A stretch of DNA of 42,505 nt from a virus (lineage: Duplodnaviria; Caudoviricetes), in IMG/VR virus record IMGVR_UViG_3300044676_005109, positions 1 through 42,505 of that record. One strand, written 5' to 3'. How positions within the stretch are numbered: position 1 is the first letter of the stretch; each line of letters opens with the position of its first letter. The notes under the pieces were generated by a model. That model saw nothing but the letters and a program-made list of their open reading frames with translations. It had not been told where the DNA came from and ran no database searches. This document shows, piece by piece, positions 9,717 through 18,600 of the stretch. Made by a program: the position numbers and the translations under genes.

Positions 9717-10726
9717 TGGGCGGTGGCGGCGGCGGTACTACAACCGTACAACAAACTATACAAGAGATCCCAGAACAGTTAGCTCCCTATTATGACGAGC
9801 TACTGGGCCGGGGTACGTTTCAGTCCTTACAACCATACACTCCTTACCCCTATAAAAGGCTGGCTGAGTTCTCTCCATTTGAGCAGCAGTCTATGTCTGG
9901 TATTGGTGCGCTTGCTCAGACCGGGACGCCAGAGGCTATGCAGGCTGCCATAGAAGGAAGTCAGTATGTGGCCTACAAAGACCCCTATGCTGAGGCGATC
10001 AGGCAAGACCCAATCACTCAGGCGATGGTCAACACAATCTCTGCTGCCCAGCCAGAACAGGTGGGTACGTTGGGTGAGGTTGGCACTTACCAAACTTACA
10101 TGAGTCCCTATCAGCAGCAAGTCACAGACATTGCGAAGCGGGAAGCGCGACGAGCCTCTGATATCCAAGGCGCAGAAATAGGTCAACAAGCAGCCCTTGC
10201 TGGAGGCTTGGGTGGCTATAGGGAAGCCATCATGCAGGCTGAAAGAGAGCGCAATTTGGCCCAACAATTGGGCGATATTCAGGTTCAAGGTAGCCAGCAG
10301 GCGTTTGAGTCTGCTCAGAGGGCGTTCGAGTCCGACAGAGCGGCTAGGGAATCCGCTGCACAGTTGGGTATAGCTGGGTATGGTGCGCTTCAAGCAGACC
10401 TTGGACAGCGTGTCAGGGCTGCACAGCAGGCTTCGGACTTGGCTTCTCAGGCTCAAGGAATGGAGCTTGAAAGACTTGCCGCTTTGGAGTCCGCCGGTCA
10501 ACGACAGAGAGGTCTGTTGCAGCAGAGCTACGACATTGGCTATCAGGACTTCCTGCGCCAGCAAGCATTCCCTGTGGAGCAGTTGTCTCTCTACAGCAAT
10601 CTGGTCAGAGGTCTGCCAATGCAGCCCGGAACCACACAAATTCTCTATGGGCAGCAGCCCACAATGGCACAACAGTTGCTCGGCAGTGGCATAGCCGCCG
10701 CTGGTTTATATGGGGCGACTCGTTAG
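9716..10726 (+). CDS. putative DNA ejection/pilot protein
   Basis: MGGGGGGTTT start, YM.PY.QQV motif, Gln/Ala-rich helices and a Gly-rich hydrophobic end. Confidence 0.7.
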   Translation: MGGGGGGTTTVQQTIQEIPEQLAPYYDELLGRGTFQSLQPYTPYPYKRLAEFSPFEQQSMSGIGALAQTGTPEAMQAAIEGSQYVAYKDPYAEAIRQDPITQAMVNTISAAQPEQVGTLGEVGTYQTYMSPYQQQVTDIAKREARRASDIQGAEIGQQAALAGGLGGYREAIMQAERERNLAQQLGDIQVQGSQQAFESAQRAFESDRAARESAAQLGIAGYGALQADLGQRVRAAQQASDLASQAQGMELERLAALESAGQRQRGLLQQSYDIGYQDFLRQQAFPVEQLSLYSNLVRGLPMQPGTTQILYGQQPTMAQQLLGSGIAAAGLYGATR

Positions 10727-10736
10727 GAGATAGAAT

Positions 10737-12662
10737 ATGTATAACATCCTTGAGGTTGAGGATAAGATCAAGGGCTTGCCGGATCAGATATTGATAAGAG
10801 AAGCCCAGTTTCCTAGCGGTGATGTGCCGCAGTTCCTTTTGGTGTCTGAGCTTCAGCGCAGAAATCAAATGCGTAAGTCTTACGAGGCTACGCAGCAACC
10901 ATCTACCCTTCCGGTTGCACAGCAGATAGTGGCAGAGGCGGGCCAAGGTATTTCCGGTATTGTGGGCGGCAATGCGTTGCCTGTCTCTGCTCCTATGCAG
11001 GCCCAGACCCCGATGGCCTCGCCTATGCAGTCCTCTATGGCAGCACCCCAAGCCCCTGCTGGGATAGTGGGTATGAATTCTGGTAGACGAGTTCCAACAA
11101 CTACCAGCAATATGGTTGCTGCTGTAAATGCCGCTATTGAAAGTCTTAATTCTCAAGGAAGGGATTACACAGTCTATTCTCAAGGCGAGCTACGAAGGAT
11201 GGGTGAAGAAATACTTGGCACAAATACTATTCCCTCTTTAGTCAGTCAAGGATTTAGAGAGTTTCGCCCAGATCTTGGCGCAGATTATGAATTAGAATCA
11301 ATGGATTATGGTTTTTTTAGTTATGATCCTAGCAATCCTTTCAATAGAGCAAAGGATGCAATTGCAAGTATGGCTGCGCCCAGTGGCGCTCAATCAGCTT
11401 CTCGCGATATAGAGTCAGAACAAAGGTCTAAACTAGGCGAGTACGCCACACAAACAGGGCAGCCAATAAGGAAATACATTAGAGAAGACGAAGGTCTTGG
11501 TACTCTAGGGGAAGTTTTAATGGGTGGTTACAATTTGATGGGTAACTATCTTGGCAGTATTGGCCCTTCAGAAAACTTACTAGATCAGCCGACTGAGTCT
11601 CAAGTATATACCGGAACTATTGATAGAAGCGGTAGCCCTTCAGTTGTAGATGATGTTGCTGTTCAATCTGGACAGATTGACACTGAAGATTTAATAGATC
11701 AATCGGAGTTGGACTCTATGAGTTCTGCTCTTTTGGGGGAATCCCCGCCTTCAAATGTTGATCCTATAAATATTAATATGCCCGCTCTTTCAGGCTCTCA
11801 AGCTCTTGCTGGATTTAATATCCCTGCTGGTAGAGCGGTCACTACAGATATCTCAAAGCTTATTGATAAGGAAGTCTTTGGTAGCACTGGTCAGATGTCA
11901 GTCGATGATATTGTTTCAGGGTTGAATCTTGGCAGTGGAGACATAGAACTACCCGCCGGGGCAGACTTTTCCAGCATAGCTAAGGCCCGAGCAGAAAGAT
12001 CTGAAGCTGCCTCCACTAGAATGGAAGAGCTGATTCAGTCCATACAAGACAAAGCTAAATCTGATGCTCTTAATATGGCGCTTATAAACATAGGTGCTGG
12101 TGTTGCTAGTGGAGACTTGGCTGGTGGTCTTGAGAGAGCAGGATCTGTTGCTGGTCAAATATCTAGCGATGCAAGAGACGCAGCCCGCGCTCTTGAGCTT
12201 CAGCAAATTACAATGGCTGAAGAAGGCGCAAGATCAAGTGAAGACATACAAATGCAAGAAGCTCTCAGTGACTTGCGGAGGTTTTCTGTTGAGCAGGGTA
12301 TTGCAAAAGATCAAAGAGATTACAATCTTAGCCTTATCAGGACTAGGATTGAATCTGATCTTTCGCTTAGAAAGCTAACGGCAGATGTTGCTCAGTCCGA
12401 AAACGTCAGTAAGAGAAGCGTTCTGAGTTTGATTAGTGACATCATTGAAGAAGAGGCTGATCTCGCTAGAGATCAAGGCGAAACTTATAATGCTGCTGCT
12501 AGGGCGCTTTCTCTTTATAATCCAATCGCAGGTATTGTTGGTTTGGATTCCTTATCGGAGGCAGAACTTAATAACGCTCTTGCTGCAATTGGGACACAGT
12601 CAACAGTAGAAACCGATCCTGCCGATTTAGAAGCTGCGCTTGATAGCTTTATCTCTAGATAA
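10737..12662 (+). CDS. putative internal virion/ejection protein
   Basis: 641 aa with AGGAG RBS; acidic and helical; sits in the ejection module. Confidence 0.65.
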   Translation: MYNILEVEDKIKGLPDQILIREAQFPSGDVPQFLLVSELQRRNQMRKSYEATQQPSTLPVAQQIVAEAGQGISGIVGGNALPVSAPMQAQTPMASPMQSSMAAPQAPAGIVGMNSGRRVPTTTSNMVAAVNAAIESLNSQGRDYTVYSQGELRRMGEEILGTNTIPSLVSQGFREFRPDLGADYELESMDYGFFSYDPSNPFNRAKDAIASMAAPSGAQSASRDIESEQRSKLGEYATQTGQPIRKYIREDEGLGTLGEVLMGGYNLMGNYLGSIGPSENLLDQPTESQVYTGTIDRSGSPSVVDDVAVQSGQIDTEDLIDQSELDSMSSALLGESPPSNVDPININMPALSGSQALAGFNIPAGRAVTTDISKLIDKEVFGSTGQMSVDDIVSGLNLGSGDIELPAGADFSSIAKARAERSEAASTRMEELIQSIQDKAKSDALNMALINIGAGVASGDLAGGLERAGSVAGQISSDARDAARALELQQITMAEEGARSSEDIQMQEALSDLRRFSVEQGIAKDQRDYNLSLIRTRIESDLSLRKLTADVAQSENVSKRSVLSLISDIIEEEADLARDQGETYNAAARALSLYNPIAGIVGLDSLSEAELNNALAAIGTQSTVETDPADLEAALDSFISR

Positions 12663-12666
12663 TTAG

Positions 12667-15600
12667 ATGAAATTTGATTACGAAAAAGCAAGAGAGGCTG
12701 GTTACAGCGATCAACAGATCGCAAGTTTTCTGTCGCCAAAATTAAACTTCAATTTGGAAGACGCCCTCTCTTCTGGCTATCAGTATGAGCAGATAGTTCC
12801 TTTCTTGGTAAACAAATTTGGCGAGGATGATACGAGTGTCCTCGGACAGATTGCAGAAACAGCGAAGGGTGTTCCTCGTGGCTTTGCCAATACCTTTCTT
12901 AGTGCCGGAGAAGGTCTTGCTGAAATGGCAGATGCGGCTACTAACTTCGTTGGGTATGAAGACCTCATAGATTCAGGCGAAGAGAATGAGTTGGTTCGCC
13001 TTGCAAGAGAAGGCAAGGACTATATCAATCAAACTCTGGGTGCAGATGAGCGTTATGAAGACAAATGGCTGACCAAACTCGGTGATGCTGTTGGTTCTTT
13101 TGCTGGGTTCTTTGTACCCGGCGGTGCGCTCAAGGCTGTGGGTGCTGGCTCCAAGCTTATCGGAGGTTCAAGTCTTGCCTTGGCTACAAGTTCTGGTGCT
13201 GGAGAGCAGGCACAAAGAATACAGATGGCCCGTGAGCAGGGCATTGAGGTCAGTCAGGATCAAGAGGATAAAGCTATTGGGCTTGGTGGCCTTATTGGAA
13301 CTAGCGAGGTTCTTGCTCCTCTAAGCCTTCTTAAAAAATTCCGAAGACTACCAGATAAAGAGGCAGATACTTTATTCTCTCAACTGGCTGGTGCTGTAAA
13401 GACGGGCCTTGCTGAAGGCACTCAGGAGGCCACTGCTGGCGCTTTGCAAAGTGCGGTAGAGAAATATACATACAACGAGAACCTGCCCCTTGGCGAGACT
13501 CTTTATGACCAAGTCATAGAGGATGCAAGTCTGGGCGGCGCTGCTGGTGTAATAGCCGACCTTGCTTTGGGCAGCTTTGCCAGAAGGGTGAGGAGCGGTG
13601 CTGCAACTGAGGCAGAATTTGAAAGAGAAAGACAGTTACGCGCAGAGGAAGAGGCGCGTATTGCGGAAGAACGCCAAGCAGTATCAGACTATATAGCGCA
13701 AGAAGACAGAACAAATGCTGAGGCTGTAGTTAATGCCGAAGAAACTCTTATGCTTCCTGCGCCAACCCCAGTTGATCTAAGAACTGACGAGGATCAAGTT
13801 GGGTATGCCAGCAATATATCCAATAGTCTGAACTACAATTTCCCGACTGCCACATCGTTTAGTTTTAGAACAAACGAAATCACTGATCCAGAAACTGGCG
13901 AGATTACTGGCGCTAACTACACTATCGTTGATGATCTTGGTAACACTTACGGCGCTTCTCCTATCACTACCAGAGAGGCGGCGGCTACAGTTGCTGGTAG
14001 ATTAAACGATAAGCTTCTTGATCGAACTCTGAGTCGGTCTATACGGGACACTCTAGAAACTTCCCCAACTTCCTATGATCAAAGAGCCACTGAAACCTTG
14101 CTTCGTATAGGTAACAGGGTTCTGAATCCTAGATCAAACCTGATCACAGATGTAGAGCTTAACGCAGCAGCTACAGAAACTGTTGATCCTCGTGTGGAAG
14201 AGGACAGAAGAAGGCTATACATAGAATCTCTGCCCCTTGATCAGGCTCTTTACTATTTGCAGCAAGGGCCACAGCAGAACAGGGCTAAGAGCAAGGCTGA
14301 GATGATGCGCCTATTGTCTCCAGCTCAGAGGATAAATCTTCGCAGACGCGATCAGGGTCTGCCAGAGACCAAGTTCTTTACTGTGCAAGAGGCAAGAAGG
14401 GAGTTGAAGGATTCTTTTGGCAACCTAGCCAATAAGAAGTTTGAGTCCCCGGAAGTCAGGGAGAAGATTGATCAGTTACAAAATGCTAGGACTTACATCA
14501 ACCCAGAGATAAGTAAGAACATTACACCGGCACAGATACAGAAGCTGCTCAACGAAAAGAACATTGCTTCGGATATCAACAGCCCAGAGATAGATGCTCT
14601 GGCGCGTAGCTTTGTTGGCGTCAAGTCTGTCGCTGACATGAATGTTGGTGACCGCAGAGTATTCTTCAAGAAGATACAGTCCCTCCCTCGTCTAGACGAT
14701 TCTACTAAGCTCCCTGTATTTCAGCTTAAGCCGTTCACCAACGCACAGTTTGTGGCGTCCGTTGAAGCTGTCAATACAACAGGTGATTTCAGCAACGAGA
14801 CTATAGCTGAAGCCGCGCAGATAAAGCCTGATGATCCCAGATATGAAAGCAAGATCGAGTCTATCAGGAAGGAACTCCGTAAGCAGAGAGTAATCCGAAG
14901 CGGAAAGATTCCTGTCTATGACAGAAGGATCAAGGCTGAGGCAGAACAGATCCCCTTGGCAGAAGAGGTTGATACTGTCGTTGAGGAAGAGATTACTCCA
15001 GAGGTTGTTGAAGAAACCGAAGCTCAGGTGGTAAGCCCTGACGTTCTGGAGAGAATACGGTCAAGTTTAAAAAGCTACCTTGATTCAAAAGGACTCAAGG
15101 ATGTAATGCTTAACGTAGATCATTCCCTCAGAAATGTTGTTATGGATGCTGAGGGTAATCTTAGATATGGCATAAGAAGGCGAAGACTTGATGATGAGTA
15201 TGAATCTGGCCCTGTTTCAGATCTTGATACTATTTTTATCAGAGATGAATTTGCTCCAGAAGAATCAGAAGGTTTCTATTCAAGACAAATAAACGGAATC
15301 TTTTTAGCTGCTGACAGGCTTGCCAATTTTGAGGGCATGACCGAAGAGCAAATGCAGTCTGAGCTGGCGTCCATTCTCAACCACGAGATGGTACACGCAA
15401 TGCGTAACCTAGATCTCTGGACTGAAAGCGAGTGGAAAATACTCAGTAATGCGGCTGCTAAGATAAAGAATAATAAAGGTCAAACATATCTTGATGAAGC
15501 AAAAGAATATTACCCAGATGTTATTCCTACTATTCAAGTAGAAGAAGCTGTTGCTAATTTAATTAGAGGAACTATCAACGGCAATACGAAGGTTGGAGGC

Positions 15601-18600
15601 AAGCCAAGAACCTTAATCAATAAGATGTTTGACTTCTTTGAGAGAATATCAAACTTCTTAAGAGGCTCTGGTTACAAAAGTTTCAATGACATACTTGCAG
15701 ATATTGAATCTGGTGTTGTTGGAGGAAGGGAGCGCGGGGTAGTAAGAACCCCGAGAAGGGTTGCAGAGGAAGCTGATCTGGAAAACTTTTGGAATACAGA
15801 CTCTGATATTTCTTACTCAAGAACTAAAGCTCCAAAGAAAACTCAGAAAGCCTACAAGTTATTTAGAATAGATCCTGAGCAACCCGGCAAACTTTTCCCT
15901 CTTTATGTTGACTCAAAGACCCCAGTTCCTATGAGGGAGTGGGTAGCAGCTACGGATGGTGGGTATAGTTTTGTTGCTGATAACGGCAAGAGATACGCTC
16001 CAGCTAAGACAGGTGTATCCAGACCAGTTAGCAGGAAGGTTGCTAAGGAACTTTACAAGCGCGGCTATGTAAAAAGTCCTGACGCAAAAAGCATTACAGC
16101 GGTAGCCTATCGACCCGGATGGCATTCAGGTGACCTGCCTTCGTCTCAACATATAGGTGGCATCAGTGTAAATTCTGTTGGCAGGAAAAAAGACTTTAGA
16201 CAGAACGATCAGGTCTGGGCAGAGATAGAAGTTGCTGACGATAGATCTGACTATTGGCAGGATCTAGCTAACTCAAGAGCGTCCACAGTAAAGTCTGGCC
16301 CTAGAAAGGGAATGCTTAATCTCGGCGAGGCGCATCTTACCAATGAGGGTGAGATACCAAGGGGTGGTTATTATAGATACAAAACCAACCCGGAGATGGA
16401 GGGCAACTGGTTAATTAGCGGCGAGATAAAAATTAACAGAGTTTTGTCTGACGCTGAGGTTAAGAAGTTAAACAGAGACGCCGGTAGAACTCCAGATTTA
16501 CCAAGAATAAAGAAGGGTTTGGGTAACAAGTCAGGCCCAAGATTAGATCCAAGAGATGTCGTTTACTCAAGAAAGAGTGCGCCCAAAGCTGTAAGCAATA
16601 TATTCCCCACAGCTAAGAGGAGAACAGTAGATCCTACAGAGACAGTTCTTGTCAGCGACTTTCAAGAGTACATGAAGGACGCTCCGTTTAAAAAGAATAT
16701 GGAGATCGTCAAGGGCTATGATGATCTTCGCAAGGACAGAAATCTTAGGACTGATGAACAAAAGGCTGTTGCTTTTGTAGATCATATTAAGAACAACCTT
16801 CTTTACTTGTTTGATTCTGTGCCTCCTGATGTTCGCACCAGATCCGCAAAGTGGTATGAGGGCGCTAATAAATTGATGCAGAATCTTGCCGACAAGCACG
16901 GCATAGATTTGTCTCAAGCTTCCGCTCTTGCTGCGAATCTTTCTCCACAGAAAGATTGGTACATGAACGCCAGCCTTGCAGAAAGAACTGCGGATATATT
17001 CTTTGAGAAAGCTGACGAAACTTTCACTCCAGAGATGGAGAAGAAAGCCAAAGAACTCTACATAGATGGAAAGGCTGTTTCTGCCTCGAAGAAAAAGATT
17101 AATCAGAAGGTTCTAGATGGGATCAAAGGCAAGTCTTTGTCTGATCTTATAGCTGAAGATGCCCCTCCTGTCATGCAGGCTATGTGGGTTCGTACTTATG
17201 ATCAAACATATAACAGTCCAAGTTATCGAATTGTTTCTCCAGAAGGTGATTACCTACAGTACGCAAAGAAAAAGGACGGCACTAATGCCCGTGTTGCGTG
17301 GGGATCTTTTACTGAGATAGCAAAAGGCATTAAGGCTCTGTTAGATCCTGACATCAAGTCTGTTTCAACCAGCCTTGGTGAGGCTAACAAAGTAAGAAAC
17401 TTCTACAACAATATCTATGACCCTTCTTCAGAGCTGGGTTTTGTGACGATAGATACTCATGCTGTTGGCGCTGGTCTACTACGCCCTGTGAGCGGCGACT
17501 CAGATCAAGTGAGCGCAAACTTTGGAACTCTTAAGGGTTCTTCCAACAGCTCTATTACTGGATACCGTGGACTCTATCCCTTCTACGAAGAAGCTTACAA
17601 GCAGGCCGCAGCAGAGCGCGGCGTTCTTCCGAGGGAGATGCAGTCTATAACTTGGGAGGCTGTGCGCGGTCTATTCTCTCCATCATATAAAGCCAGTGAC
17701 AAGAATGTTGAGTTTGTCAATAATGTCTGGAGAGATTATAATCGTAAAAAGATTGATCTCGATGAAGCCAGAGAGAGGATATTAAATCATGCCGGACGTA
17801 TCACAGATCCCGACTGGACAAGATCCGATAGTGGAGAGCTTGCGGAAGATGCAACTTCCAGTTACGAGAGCCAACTACCTAGCACTGGCGTACCCGGACA
17901 GACCGGACAACTCCCCGCTGGGGGCGGAAGAAGAGGCGATGTTGCCGCCAGAACTACAGAAGAATCAAACGTCCTAGCGGCGCAGAAATCTGAGGCAACA
18001 AACAGAGAATCGCAAAGGCTCAAGGTCAGGAATCATGTTGATGTTCTTGAGTCCAGAAGATCCCCCGGCTCCGTGGCATCCGCCACTACCTATGAAAACC
18101 TAAAGACAGAAGCAGAGAACAGGGCGTACAACGCCGGTGACTACGCTTCTCCTATGTCTTTTGAGACTCCCACTTACACCTATCAAGAGGCCGGTCTATC
18201 TGGGCCAGCCCGTGGCTTCCTGTATCAGGTGGCTGACAAGTTGCTTGGCCTCAAGATGGTTGAGGATTCTATCAACCGCAACAGAAGGAAGGCGGGGCAG
18301 AAAGAGATACCTACCCTAGCGTCCCCTTACAAAGGCGAGGAGCGCGTTGCTGGCATAGTTGGTGGTAAGGTAAGGGACTTTGATTTAAATGAGCTACAGC
18401 CTTTCGTACAGGCTATGGTTGATAACGATGTCTCTCGAAAGGAGATGGATGATTTCCTAATCCTGAGACACGCCATTGAGCGCAATGCCAGAATCAGGAG
18501 TATCAACCCTGCTATCAGAGAAGCTGGGGCCGGGATGCTAGATGGGCAGGCGCTGACTGACAGCTACGTCAAGTCTAAGATGGCGTCCCTCTACGGTATG

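Noticed and set aside
9827-10672. 281-aa minus-strand ORF and other antisense ORFs (e.g. 10605-11183, 36065-36598, 41497-41958)
   Set aside because: These are shadows of well-supported plus-strand genes, with no recognisable motifs or RBS.
18137-18319. Second plus-strand nested ORF in the polyvalent gene
   Set aside because: GTG start without a clear RBS, and the host frame there looks like normal folded protein, unlike the 17789 case.
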